Shown here one piece after another: positions 50,864 through 60,526 of a stretch of DNA of 64,000 nucleotides. Source of the DNA: Chthoniobacteraceae bacterium (GTDB lineage Bacteria; Verrucomicrobiota; Verrucomicrobiia; Chthoniobacterales; Chthoniobacteraceae); assembly GCA_031409655.1 (NCBI GenBank), contig JANNXQ010000300.1, positions 1 through 64,000 of the forward strand, given 5' to 3'. The notes beneath the pieces are model-generated. The model saw only the letters and a list, made by a program, of their open reading frames with translations. It did no database searches and was not told the origin of the DNA. A program made the translations under genes and the position numbers. The stretch's first letter is position 1. The number at the start of each line of letters is the position of its first letter.

Positions 50864-51003
50864 ATTAGTCTCTTTCAGGAGGGTGTTTGCGAGGATGATG
50901 AGCTTTCGCATGAGGACGGTGAGCGCGAGTTTTTTGGCGTCACTGGCGGCGACCAGGCAGCGGTCGAGAGGTTTGAGGGTGGGGTTCGTGAGCCGCGCCG
51001 GTC
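50858..51003 (-). pseudogene. IS110-family transposase C-terminal remnant
   Basis: Manual translation PARLTNPTLKPLDRCLVAASDAKKLALTVLMRKLIILANTLLKE resembles the IS110 C-terminus (NP.L..FY.RL...GK.KK.AL.A.MRKL). Confidence 0.75.
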
Positions 51004-51009
51004 GGTTAG

Positions 51010-52443
51010 TTAGAGCAGCGAGTCAGTAAGTCTCGCGGTGTTTTGCAGCACCTTTTTGAAGAGGGAGCGCTGCGCCCATTCGTTGGCGCAGACTTGGTCG
51101 CTGTGGGCGAAGTAACGTTCCTGGATGATGCGCAGTTTGGCCACTAAGGGAGCGTCGTAGATGAGGAGGGTGATCTCGTTGTTTAAGGTGAAGGAGCGCA
51201 GGTCCACGTTACTCGAACCGATGAGCGCCACGGAGTCGTCGATGCTCAGGTGTTTGGCGTGGAGGAAGCGGGGGTTGTAACGGTGGATGCGCACGCCGAC
51301 GTCGAGGAGCGTTTCGTAGTAGGATTCCTGGGCGAGGTTCACGAGCTGGTGATCGGCTTTGGCGGAGACCACGAGATCCACGCTCACGCCGCGGAGCACG
51401 GCGGTCTGCATGGCTTGGAGGAAGGCTTCGTCGGGGATGAAATACGGGGTGGTGATGACCACGCGTTCGCGGGCGCCGTGGATGAGTGCGACCATGGCTT
51501 TCTGCGCGTTGGCAAACTGATAACCGGGACCGCTGGGCAGGACTTGCGCGGCGGCGGTGCCGACCTCGACCGGCAGCGGAAAAAGCTCGGGCTCTTCCAC
51601 CCGCTCCTCGCGCTCGATGTAGCGATCCGCGAGGAAGACGACCTGCAACTGTGCGACCAGCGGGCCGCGCACGCGCACGACCAGCTCTTCATTGACCAGC
51701 CCGGGCTGGCTCTCGGCGTTCACGATATTCTGCGAGCCCGCGTAGCCGATGGTGCCGTCGATGACCACGATCTTGCGGTGATTGCGCAGATCGAAGCGCG
51801 CGGCCTTGCGGCGAAACAAACTCACCGGGAGCATCGCGGTGACCGAAGCACCGGCGTGCCGCATCTTCGGCGCGAGCCGGCGGAGCCCCCGTGAGGAGCC
51901 CGAGTCATCCATGAGCACGCGGCAATGGACCTTGCGTTTCGCCGCGCGGACCACGGCGTCCGCGATGCGGTGGCCGGTCTCGTCGTCGGCGAAGATGTAA
52001 AAGAGCAAATGGACGTGATACTGGGCCGCATCGATGTCCGTGATGAGCCGTTGGATCATCTCCTCGTAGTCGTCGATGAGCTCGAATTCATTGCCATCGA
52101 CGATGCCGAGATCGCCAAGATTGCGGGCAAGGAGTACGGCCTGATTCAGCTCGGCGGGGATGTCGGGCACGGCGAGTTTTCCGCGCGCGAGCCACTGCTC
52201 CTGCGCGGCGCGGATGCGGACGGCGGCGCGGGCTTTGATCTCCAGACGCCGCTTCGGCAGGCTGATGCGACCGATGGCGAGATAGATCACGAGGCCGATC
52301 CATGGCTCCAGGAAGATGAGGAGCAGCCAGGTGCGGGTGGCGGCGGGATTGCGGCGCTGCGGCACCACGAGGAGCATGGTGAGGCGGATGAGCCACTCGC
52401 TGACGACGAGGATGAAGCTCCAGTCGAGCGCAGGCAGGGTCAT
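51010..52443 (-). CDS. cls: Cardiolipin synthase
   Basis: Two HKD motifs (RNHRKIVVIDG, LHAKHLSIDD), two N-terminal TMs, TPYFIPD. Confidence 0.95.
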   Translation of the reverse strand: MTLPALDWSFILVVSEWLIRLTMLLVVPQRRNPAATRTWLLLIFLEPWIGLVIYLAIGRISLPKRRLEIKARAAVRIRAAQEQWLARGKLAVPDIPAELNQAVLLARNLGDLGIVDGNEFELIDDYEEMIQRLITDIDAAQYHVHLLFYIFADDETGHRIADAVVRAAKRKVHCRVLMDDSGSSRGLRRLAPKMRHAGASVTAMLPVSLFRRKAARFDLRNHRKIVVIDGTIGYAGSQNIVNAESQPGLVNEELVVRVRGPLVAQLQVVFLADRYIEREERVEEPELFPLPVEVGTAAAQVLPSGPGYQFANAQKAMVALIHGARERVVITTPYFIPDEAFLQAMQTAVLRGVSVDLVVSAKADHQLVNLAQESYYETLLDVGVRIHRYNPRFLHAKHLSIDDSVALIGSSNVDLRSFTLNNEITLLIYDAPLVAKLRIIQERYFAHSDQVCANEWAQRSLFKKVLQNTARLTDSLL

Positions 52444-52550
52444 CGCGGGCGATTCCGGGAGGGTTTCACGGGAGGGACGATGGCCGAAAGACGCCGGGCG
52501 AGGCAATGCGCGAAGCGGTCGAAAGACGCAAATTGGAAGAATGCTCGGCG

Positions 52551-52777
52551 AACGCCAACGGCGTTCCATCCATCAGCCCAGGGTTGGCGCGAGGAACGAG
52601 CGGCTACCCTGGGTGCGATGACAGAAAACAGGCCGAACCCTGAAAGGGTTCCATCAAGCGCCGGCGAGCACGATGACCGATGAAACCCCTTCAGGGTTTG
52701 GCTCGTCGTGTGAATTCAGTCCCAGGGTAGCTCGTGCCTCGCAACCCTGGGCTGGATGATGAAACGCCTTCGGCGTT
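52551..52777. repeat. Composite REP-like palindromic element
   Basis: AACGCCAACGGCGTT / CAGCCCAGGGTTG..CTACCCTGGG / AACCCTGAAAGGGTT, mirrored in inverted order at 52679-52777. Confidence 0.88.
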
Positions 52778-52854
52778 TGAATCGACCTTTGGCCAGTTCG
52801 ACCTCGTAGCGCTATTCATCGTGCGAGCACTTTGCACCGCACCGGGCGCGGGGG

Positions 52855-54240
52855 TCAGAGGATCAGGTGCGTATTGTAGTGAATCCCAGGCGGGACCGGC
52901 AGCGGTGCGTGCGTGGGGTTTTCGACGGTCACGTCGCCTTGGAAGATGGCGTCCCTGTTAAACACGACTTCGCCTTTTACGCGGAGGTTGCTGCAGCCTT
53001 TGAGCGAGGGCGTGCCTCCGGCCAGGGCGGCTTCGAGTTGTTCGACGAGCTTGTAATGGTGGTCGAGTTCGACGTGCGGGGGGATGCCATTGAGTTCGGG
53101 GACGAGGGCGGCGGTGCCGTCTTTGCGGATGTCGTAGGCGTCGCTGCGCAGGGTGAGCAGGTCGGCGGTGGTTTTCACCGGGGCGAAACGGCTGCGCGGG
53201 ACATCGACGGCGCGGGCGTCGGGGAAGCACTCGATGGCGGCGCCCATGGCGGTCTCGAGCTGGAAAACTTCGGGCGATTTTTTGTCGCGCGGATCGACGG
53301 TCTTGCGATTGCGGATGAGCGGGAGGGGGAGCGCGCCGTCGGACGCGGCGAGGGCGTCGCGCAGGCGGTCGAGGCGCAGCCAGAGGTTGTTCGTATTAAA
53401 GTAACGGTGCTTGGTGATGTCCTGAAAGGCGTCCAGGTCGGCCTCGGGACACTGCGCGCTTTCGCGGAGGAGAAGTTGCTCGCCGCGCAGGGCGAGGTGG
53501 CCGCCTTTGCGATCGGACGCAGTGCGCGCGGTCACTTCCATCATGAAAGGCGCGGCGGTCTGCGCGAACCAGGTGAGCAGTGAGAGGTCGAGCGTGGCGC
53601 CGAGGTTGTCGCTGTTCGAGACGAAGACATATTGAATGCCGTCGGCGAGCAAGCGATCGAGGGTGCCGCCGGTGGCGAGCACCGCGTAGAGATCGCCGTG
53701 GCCGGGCGGGCACCATTCGAGTTCGCGATCCTTTTCCCAGACCACCGGCGCGAGCGTCTTCGCGTCCACTTTCGGGATCTTGTTTTGCATGAGCTCAAGC
53801 GCGTGTGGGTCGCCGAGTTCGGGATATTTTCCCAGCGCCGCGAGGGTGTCGGCGCTGGTGCTGAAGCTATTCATCGCGAGGAAATGCACCTCGCGCCCGC
53901 TGGTCTTCCGGAAGTGCAGGAGCTGCCGCACGATGAGGTCGAGGAAGGTCAGGCCGTCGTGAACAGGGAGCAGCGACTTGGCCCGCTCGAGACCCATGCC
54001 GGTGCCGAGCCCGCCATTGAGTTTCAGCACGGCGGTGGCGCCGAGCAGCGCGGGATCGGCGGGGTAATGGGACGCGATCTCCGCGAGCGTCGGCAGGCTC
54101 TCGACCGGATGGATGCTGCTCTCCGGGATGAGCCCGGAGTCTTGGTGCTCGAGCTGCGCGTAGTTGCGCTCGAAGGCTCGGATCGCCGGCTCGCTGACGC
54201 CGGCGGCTTCCATCTTCTTTCTAAATTCGCGGATTGGCAT
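52855..54240 (-). CDS. UTP--glucose-1-phosphate uridylyltransferase (UDPGP family, eukaryote-like)
   Basis: KLNGGLGTGMG...AKS, WCPPGHGD, SNSDNLGA, FNTNNLW, QLETAMG and RFAPVK motifs. Confidence 0.94.
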   Translation of the reverse strand: MPIREFRKKMEAAGVSEPAIRAFERNYAQLEHQDSGLIPESSIHPVESLPTLAEIASHYPADPALLGATAVLKLNGGLGTGMGLERAKSLLPVHDGLTFLDLIVRQLLHFRKTSGREVHFLAMNSFSTSADTLAALGKYPELGDPHALELMQNKIPKVDAKTLAPVVWEKDRELEWCPPGHGDLYAVLATGGTLDRLLADGIQYVFVSNSDNLGATLDLSLLTWFAQTAAPFMMEVTARTASDRKGGHLALRGEQLLLRESAQCPEADLDAFQDITKHRYFNTNNLWLRLDRLRDALAASDGALPLPLIRNRKTVDPRDKKSPEVFQLETAMGAAIECFPDARAVDVPRSRFAPVKTTADLLTLRSDAYDIRKDGTAALVPELNGIPPHVELDHHYKLVEQLEAALAGGTPSLKGCSNLRVKGEVVFNRDAIFQGDVTVENPTHAPLPVPPGIHYNTHLIL

Positions 54241-54303
54241 GGGGGCGGATGATGGGGATTTGCGGAGGTTTGTCAGGCCTTCCCGCGCAGCCTCCGTGCC
54301 GCT

Positions 54304-54993
54304 TTAGAAAAGGCGGATCGCCGTCACCGCGATACTTCCCGTGAAGCAGGTGTCCACGTCGCTGCCGGCCTGGCGTTGGCGCGCCTGGTAATCGCCGTCG
54401 TAGCGATGGTGGCCGTTTTCCTCGTGGCGATAGCTGAGCGGGAGCGGATTCGGATCGAGCGGACAGAAGACGACATCCGGCTCGGGAGCGTCGGCGGTGA
54501 GGTGAGGAAAGTTCACATTGTAGAAGAGACCCGGCTCGATCGGGCGAGTGAGCAGGTCAGTGAGGACGCGGGCGGTCCAACGGGTCGCGCGTGGCCAGTC
54601 GAACGGCACCCCGCGGCGGAGGTATTGCGAGAAAGCAATCCCGGGCCAGCCGTGGAGCACCGCCTCGCGCACGGCGGCGACGGTGCCAGAGTAATAGACA
54701 TCCGCGCCGAGATTGCCGCCCTCATTGATCCCACTCAGCACCCACCGCGCATCCGGCGCGACCCGGAGCAACCCGAGCCGCGCGCAATCCGCAGGCGTGC
54801 CATGCACGGCAAAGCGATCCGCACCGCGCTCCTCCAGATGCACACCTTTGTCCCAAGTCACCGCGTGGCTCATACCGGATTGCGGACCGGCGGGCGCGAC
54901 GACGATGGTTTCGCCGAAATCGCGCGCCGCGGTGAGCAGCTCGGCGAGACCAGGAGCGTCGATGCCGTCGTCGTTGCTGAGGAGGAATTTCAT
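54304..54993 (-). CDS. surE: 5'/3'-nucleotidase SurE
   Basis: LLSNDDGIDAPG, GTPADC, SGINEGGNLG and YSGTVAAVRE motifs. Confidence 0.96.
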   Translation of the reverse strand: MKFLLSNDDGIDAPGLAELLTAARDFGETIVVAPAGPQSGMSHAVTWDKGVHLEERGADRFAVHGTPADCARLGLLRVAPDARWVLSGINEGGNLGADVYYSGTVAAVREAVLHGWPGIAFSQYLRRGVPFDWPRATRWTARVLTDLLTRPIEPGLFYNVNFPHLTADAPEPDVVFCPLDPNPLPLSYRHEENGHHRYDGDYQARQRQAGSDVDTCFTGSIAVTAIRLF

Positions 54994-56076
54994 TGGGACG
55001 TACTAACCGAGATCCGCGGAAGGAGCCCACGAAACCGACGATACTTGCGAAAATGAACGCGCGAAGGGCGCTGTGCGGAAAGCGGAAGGCGCGGCTGAGC
55101 GCGCTTGTCCCGGAGGTGCTGGCGCCAGGAGAGCGAACGCCACGCTCGCGTCACCTCGACAGCAGAAACTCCCCGACCTCGCGCCACCACGCCGCGTCCA
55201 CGCGATCGAGCATCGTGTTGTGCGAGCCGGGCTTGATCCAGAGTCGCTTCGGCCCGGCGTAGCGGTCGTGAACGCGCTGGCCGATCTGCTTCGGGATCAC
55301 CTCATCGTCCTCCGCCAGCGTCACCGCGATCGGCCCGCGGTAGCCTCGCAGCCACTCGACGACCGGATACCGATCCGCGAGGAAAAGCCGGACCGGCATG
55401 AACGGATAGTGATGCGCAGCGACATCCGCGAGGCTCGTCATCGGCGTGATGAAGACGATACCCGCGACCAGCTCCGGCGCCCGCGCCGCAACTCCCGCAG
55501 CCACGCCGCTACCGATGGATTCACCCACGAGGATCACTGGCGACTGCGCCTCTCTCGCGAGCTGCCGCAGCGCCGTTTCCCCCGCATCGAGCAATGCCGC
55601 CTCGCTCGGCGAACCCGTCCGCGCGCCGTAGCCGGGATATTCGAGCAGATGCACATCGGCATCCATCGCTGCACCGAACCCATCCGCGTAGTAAGTCCGG
55701 TTTAAGGCCAAGCCCGCATTGCCGTGAAAGACGAGCACGCGGCACCGCGCCGGCTGCGAGCGGGCGCGCACGACCCAGCCGATGAGCGCCCCACCTTCCT
55801 CCCGCCACGGCTCCGCACCCACGCGCGCCGCCTCCGCCAGCAGCGCGGGTTCGGCCGCGCGCGTGGGGAAGTAAATCATCCGGCGCTGGAGAGCAGCGAA
55901 GAGCACGAGCACTCCGACATAGCCGAGCAGGGCCAGGCACGCGAGCCGCCACAGCCGGCGCAGGGGAGATCGAGTCGAGGGGGACATCGAGTCGGAGCTC
56001 GGAACGTTGCTGAGGAGGAATTTCATCGGCGCAGACTACGCAAGGTCGGCCTTTGGAACCCACGAAACCCGCGAAA
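54972..56076. repeat. 72-bp imperfect direct repeat (54972-55043 and 56005-56076)
   Basis: 22-bp exact match CGTTGCTGAGGAGGAATTTCAT, then an ungapped 32/50 match including CCCACGAAACC at the same offset (hand count). Confidence 0.85.
55151..56026 (-). CDS. Alpha/beta hydrolase (ABHD17/Bem46-like)
   Basis: QRRMIYFP, FHGNAG, EYPGYG, GESIGSG, DEVIP and SHN motifs; start may be 56026 or 55987. Confidence 0.88.
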   Translation of the reverse strand: MKFLLSNVPSSDSMSPSTRSPLRRLWRLACLALLGYVGVLVLFAALQRRMIYFPTRAAEPALLAEAARVGAEPWREEGGALIGWVVRARSQPARCRVLVFHGNAGLALNRTYYADGFGAAMDADVHLLEYPGYGARTGSPSEAALLDAGETALRQLAREAQSPVILVGESIGSGVAAGVAARAPELVAGIVFITPMTSLADVAAHHYPFMPVRLFLADRYPVVEWLRGYRGPIAVTLAEDDEVIPKQIGQRVHDRYAGPKRLWIKPGSHNTMLDRVDAAWWREVGEFLLSR

Positions 56077-56103
56077 ACATTGGACCGCGCACGGCCCGTG
56101 TTC

Positions 56104-56955
56104 CTACCGCGACCACATCGTGGTGCTCTCGTTGGAGTACACCGCGCGGGAGTTGTAGCGGAGGATGTGCGGCATGAGGAAGGCGGCGAGCAGCCAGTCG
56201 CGCCGCGCAAACCAGCGGTGATCGTAACGCAGGGTCTGCTTTTCCTCCTGCCCCCGCATCCGGTTGCCGACGATGAGATGGCTGCGCGATTCGCGGAGCT
56301 GCAGGGAGCCGGTCTCGACGGGCAGATCGAGGAAGGTGCTGATCGTCTTCATCGTGACCTCGGGTGCGAGGCAGGCCTCTTCGTAACCGACGCGCTGGGT
56401 GGGCAGGCGGGCGGCCTCGAGGGCGCGCTCGATCTTCCGATTTTCACGCAGCCAACGGTGAAAATACTCGATGGCGAGCAGCGGCCCGGGCCGGGTCTTG
56501 GCTTTGTTGCGCCGGGCTTGATCGATGAACGACGCGGTCAGGCTGCGCACATCTTTGATGACGTGGATGACTTTCAGATCCAGCCCCTCGACGCGCTGCA
56601 CGTCGGCGAGCGGCTCGACGTGTTTCGAGGAGTCCACCGGCCACGCGTCGCGGCCAAAGACGCGCTCAAAAACCTCGAGCGCCAGTTCGTACCGGGCGCG
56701 GCGGTCCTGCAGATCACGCGACGGCGCGGCCTGCGCCACGGCCCCCCAGTAGGGGCACTCGGTGGCATTCACGCCGCAGGTGCAGGGCAGCTTTTGCAGC
56801 ATTTTCTCATCTTTGGCGGCCAGCGCTTCAGCCAGGATTTGCACCGCGCGATCCACGCCGCCCAGCCCGACCATGCGCGAGTGCGTGCCCAGAAAGAGGC
56901 TGAACATGGTGGAGCCGGAATGCGGCAGGCTGCAGAGGTAGAGGAGACGACTCAC
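56104..56955 (-). CDS. Sulfotransferase family protein
   Basis: PAPS-loop-like SLPHSGST, CTCG...CPYW, VDSSK, YEE and HLIVGNRMR motifs; GTG start inferred. Confidence 0.78.
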   Translation of the reverse strand: MSRLLYLCSLPHSGSTMFSLFLGTHSRMVGLGGVDRAVQILAEALAAKDEKMLQKLPCTCGVNATECPYWGAVAQAAPSRDLQDRRARYELALEVFERVFGRDAWPVDSSKHVEPLADVQRVEGLDLKVIHVIKDVRSLTASFIDQARRNKAKTRPGPLLAIEYFHRWLRENRKIERALEAARLPTQRVGYEEACLAPEVTMKTISTFLDLPVETGSLQLRESRSHLIVGNRMRGQEEKQTLRYDHRWFARRDWLLAAFLMPHILRYNSRAVYSNESTTMWSR

Positions 56956-56986
56956 GGTGGACGCGGTTATGGGGCCGCAGAGAAGG

Positions 56987-57138
56987 AAAATCCAAATTCC
57001 AAATTCCAAATCGCCAACAAAGCCCGGGGAAGCGCCGCGGGAAAAATCCGCAACGGCACGCCGGGTGCAGCGCTTCCACCGCCCTTTCCATCCCTCGCTC
57101 CTCTTGTTCGGAACTTGGAATTTGGAATTTGGAATTTT
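56987..57138. repeat. Inverted heptamer tandem array (AAATTCC / TTGGAAT)
   Basis: AAAATCC AAATTCC AAATTCC AAATCGCC ... TCGGAAC TTGGAAT TTGGAAT TTGGAAT TTT. Confidence 0.9.
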
Positions 57139-57164
57139 GCCGCCGCCGCCCATCTTCCCACCCC

Positions 57165-57866
57165 ATGCGACCCGCCGCTCTCACCCTCCTCGCGCTTTTC
57201 CTCACTTTCAGCAGGCCTGCCCAGGCCGCCGATCCAAACCGCGAATACCTGATCATCGCCGGTGGTGTCTCGCTGAATATCTGGGAGAAATGGAAGGCCC
57301 AGCCGCATGACGGCTGGTGGATGAATTTCATCCGCGCCTCACGCCTCCGGATCGAGGAATTCCAGCGCGAGCTCGGCCCCGATCTGAATATCACGCTGCT
57401 CGTCTATCGGCCTTCTTACATTAGCCGTGGCCGGCAGGATGGGGAGGATCACCTGAGCAAGATCACGAGCGTCCGCGACGCTTTCGGAGTGCGGCTGATC
57501 TACTTCGATTCCACCAGCGAACTCCTGAGCTACATCAATGGCGGCCAGCCGCGCGACCGGGTGAAGATCGCGAGCCTGGAGTATTTTGGCCACAGCAACA
57601 AAGCCTGCTGGATGTTCGACTACTCGAACTACATTGACAGCGCCTCGAAGGCCTGGCTGCACGAAAACGACTTCGGCAAGCTGCGCCGCGGGATCTTCAC
57701 GAAGGACGCCTTTGTGAAGAGCTGGGGCTGCCACAGCGGCGAGAGCATGAGTAAAAAATTCTCGGCAGCGACGGGCGTGAAGATGATCGGCGCCGTGGGC
57801 AAGACCCAGTATATGGACGACCTACTGCCGATCCTTTCGAGCGTGGCCGGACGCTGGACCCGCTGA
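57165..57866 (+). CDS. Secreted hypothetical protein with a possible His/Cys dyad
   Basis: Signal peptide; protein-like composition; LEYFGHS and VKSWGCHSG segments. Confidence 0.7.
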   Translation: MRPAALTLLALFLTFSRPAQAADPNREYLIIAGGVSLNIWEKWKAQPHDGWWMNFIRASRLRIEEFQRELGPDLNITLLVYRPSYISRGRQDGEDHLSKITSVRDAFGVRLIYFDSTSELLSYINGGQPRDRVKIASLEYFGHSNKACWMFDYSNYIDSASKAWLHENDFGKLRRGIFTKDAFVKSWGCHSGESMSKKFSAATGVKMIGAVGKTQYMDDLLPILSSVAGRWTR

Positions 57867-58042
57867 GGGAAAGCTCGCAGCTCGCCTTCGCGGATCAGAA
57901 CGCCGAAGCAGCCAGGCGCGAGTGGCGGTCCTCTTGCGGTCTCCGACTCGACGCAGTTTTCCGCCGCTTGTTTCGAGCGCCGGCTTTTATTTTACAAACC
58001 CGCGCTGGCGCCCGCGGCGCCCGTTGCCCCAAAGTCGCGGAA

Positions 58043-58927
58043 ATGGCCTGCCGCTTTAAACGTCGTGAGCCTGTCCCCGAAGCCGTCCGGCGCATCGCGG
58101 ACGAGCAGTTTGCCGCGCTCGTGGACCAGCTTCAGGGCGGCACCGAGGCCGGTCTGCACGAAGCCCGGAAGTGCTGCAAAATGCTCCGCGCTCTGCTCCG
58201 GTTGGTCGGGCCACGGGAGTCCGCTGCCTTTGCTCGCGCGGACGCCGCGCTGGAGAAAATCGCCCGGGCGCTGGCTCCGGTCCGCGATGCGGAGGTGCGG
58301 CTGAGGACGCTCGAGGCGATTTTGGCCCAGGCTGGACCCCGGGCGGGTTCCCGCTTTGCGCAAGTCCACGCCGTCTTCAAGACCCAGGCGCAGAGCGCGC
58401 GGCGCCTCCTGCTCACGGAGGGCGATCTGCGGGACATCGTCGCGATGGCGGCGGTGGCCCAGGCAAAGGTGCGCGGACTGGCCATTGCGCATGTCGGCTG
58501 GAAGGCGATCGGCCCTGGGCTGCGCAAGACCTATCGCCAAGGCCGGAAGACGCTGGCGGCGGCGGAGAATGACCCCTCCCTGGAAATGCGGCACCGCTGG
58601 CGCAAGCACGTGAAGGATCTGTGGTCGCACACGCGCCTCCTCCACAGTGCCCAGCCAAAGAAGCTCGGCACCCTCGCCCGCAAGCTCGAAACGCTCTCCG
58701 AGTCCCTCGGCGATGAACACGATCTCGCCTTGCTCCGGCGCGATCTCGCCGTCCAGGGAAAGCGCAGCCGGGCCCGCGCCGAATTCGACAGCCTGGCCTC
58801 CCTCATCGATCGCCGACGGGCCGACCTCCGCCGTGCCGCGGATAAACTCGGACGCCGCCTCTTTAAGGCGAAGCCTGGGGAGTTCGTCGGCCGAATCGAT
58901 CAGGCGTGGCGGAAATGGCATCGGTAG
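58043..58927 (+). CDS. CHAD domain protein
   Basis: LHEARKCCKMLRALL, VRDAEV, HRWRKHVK and LGDEHDL motifs. Confidence 0.9.
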   Translation: MACRFKRREPVPEAVRRIADEQFAALVDQLQGGTEAGLHEARKCCKMLRALLRLVGPRESAAFARADAALEKIARALAPVRDAEVRLRTLEAILAQAGPRAGSRFAQVHAVFKTQAQSARRLLLTEGDLRDIVAMAAVAQAKVRGLAIAHVGWKAIGPGLRKTYRQGRKTLAAAENDPSLEMRHRWRKHVKDLWSHTRLLHSAQPKKLGTLARKLETLSESLGDEHDLALLRRDLAVQGKRSRARAEFDSLASLIDRRRADLRRAADKLGRRLFKAKPGEFVGRIDQAWRKWHR

Positions 58928-59422
58928 CGAGCGGCGCGGAGGTCGCGGTTCTTCCGCTCGGGAAGTGAAAAAACAGGGGAGAACGCGCTTGATACCTGCT
59001 TTCTCAATCGCATAATCGCCGGACAAGACTCGAAGCACCTGCAACTGCTCTTGGCCTGCGCACGCAAAAACTGCTTCCGACCGGTCAGACATGCCTTCAT
59101 TTACCCTTATACCCGAGCAACTTGCGCTCTTGCCCGATGATCCAGGCTTCGTCTGTTTCGAGGAAAATAGTGACTCTTGTCTCGGAGCAGACACCCTGAT
59201 TCTGGCGCAAGCCAAGGGCCGTTCCGATCCAGGCAGGACTCTCCACGCCAGTGACGCAAACCCCAGCGCCCGGCCCCGGTTTTCCTTCGCTGCGCAACGG
59301 CATGGGGGCGAAAATCATTCCTTCCTTGCGAGTCACATCTTCGTTGGAAAACACTGCGGAACGCTTCCGGATCGCGCTCCTGATTTCAGCGCCCCATCCG
59401 TCTTTCCCCCAGTCTGGTCGGA

Positions 59423-60505
59423 GTGAAACGGATGGAAGTCTCCCATCTGAAAATTGACGACCCCAAGTGGCCGGAGGTGCTTGGCCGCCTGCCGCACGAT
59501 ATTTACCATCTCCCCGAGTACGTAAAAATCGACGGCGAATGCAATCACGCTGAACCGAAGGCCTTCGTCGCGAGGGAAGGCGAAAAGGAACTCTTCATTC
59601 CTTACCTTGTGCGCCGGTGCGACACCCTTTTTCCTGGGGCGGATGCGGCCAAAAACGTTCTCGATGTCGTGTCGCCGTATGGCTATCCCGGTTTGCTCCT
59701 GAGTGAAGCTGCGCGCACGTCACCGGACTTTGCGCGGAGCGCCATGGAGCAGTTCTGTGCCTCGTTGAGCGAGCAGGGAGTGTGTTCCGCCTTCCTCCGC
59801 ATGCACCCGCTCTTCAGCGGGGGATTTCTGGAGCTTTTCCCGGAAAACTACTTCACTGCCTCCAGTGAGACCGTAGCCATCGATCTCACCCAGGAAGAGG
59901 GGGTGATCTGGAAGGGCATCCGCGACGGGCATCGCTGGACGATCAAGAAGTGCAAGAAACTCGGCTTCGAGGCGCGCATGGTCCCACTGAGCGAGAACAT
60001 CGATGCCTTTATGGCCGTCTATACTGAAACCATGGACCGGGTTGGGGCGAAGGATTCCTATTACTTTGGTCGCGATTACTTCGAGAAATTGGCGGCCATG
60101 CCGGACTCCGTACACTGCTGCATGGTCGCGCTGGAGGGTCACGCCGCCGCGGCTGTCCTCTTCTTCGAAGTGGGTGGAATCGTCCAGGCGCACCTCGGCG
60201 GCACGAAGTCGGAATACCTGAGTAAGTCTCCTTTTCACCTGGTGCTCCATCACGGGATGGAGTGGGCAAAGTCGCGCGGCAATCGTTACTTCCACCTCGG
60301 CGGCGGGGTCGGCGGATCAAACGATCGCCTCCTGCACTTCAAGCGCGGCTTCTCCGATCTGATCTTTCCCTTCCTCACTCTGCGCCTCGTGACCAATGAA
60401 GACAAATACCGCGAACTAGTGGTCCTCAGTGCTAACGCCGCCAGTGTGGCGGTCGAAGGTCTTCAGCAGAGCGAATACTTCCCAGCTTATCGCACTCCTC
60501 ACTAA
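59423..60505 (+). CDS. GNAT-fold FemAB-like protein
   Basis: DIYHLPEY, SPYGYPG, Y.ETMDR, HLGGG, FKRGFS and YFPAYR motifs. Confidence 0.85.
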   Translation: MKRMEVSHLKIDDPKWPEVLGRLPHDIYHLPEYVKIDGECNHAEPKAFVAREGEKELFIPYLVRRCDTLFPGADAAKNVLDVVSPYGYPGLLLSEAARTSPDFARSAMEQFCASLSEQGVCSAFLRMHPLFSGGFLELFPENYFTASSETVAIDLTQEEGVIWKGIRDGHRWTIKKCKKLGFEARMVPLSENIDAFMAVYTETMDRVGAKDSYYFGRDYFEKLAAMPDSVHCCMVALEGHAAAAVLFFEVGGIVQAHLGGTKSEYLSKSPFHLVLHHGMEWAKSRGNRYFHLGGGVGGSNDRLLHFKRGFSDLIFPFLTLRLVTNEDKYRELVVLSANAASVAVEGLQQSEYFPAYRTPH

Positions 60506-60526
60506 CGGCCAGCCGTGGCTGTGACT

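Noticed and set aside
52855..54240. Eukaryote-like UGPase as recent horizontal transfer
   Set aside because: This family is already known in bacteria, and the GC content resembles neighbouring genes.
59091..59426. 111-aa ORF before the FemAB-like gene
   Set aside because: No motifs and atypical codon usage; kept only as part of the intergenic finding.
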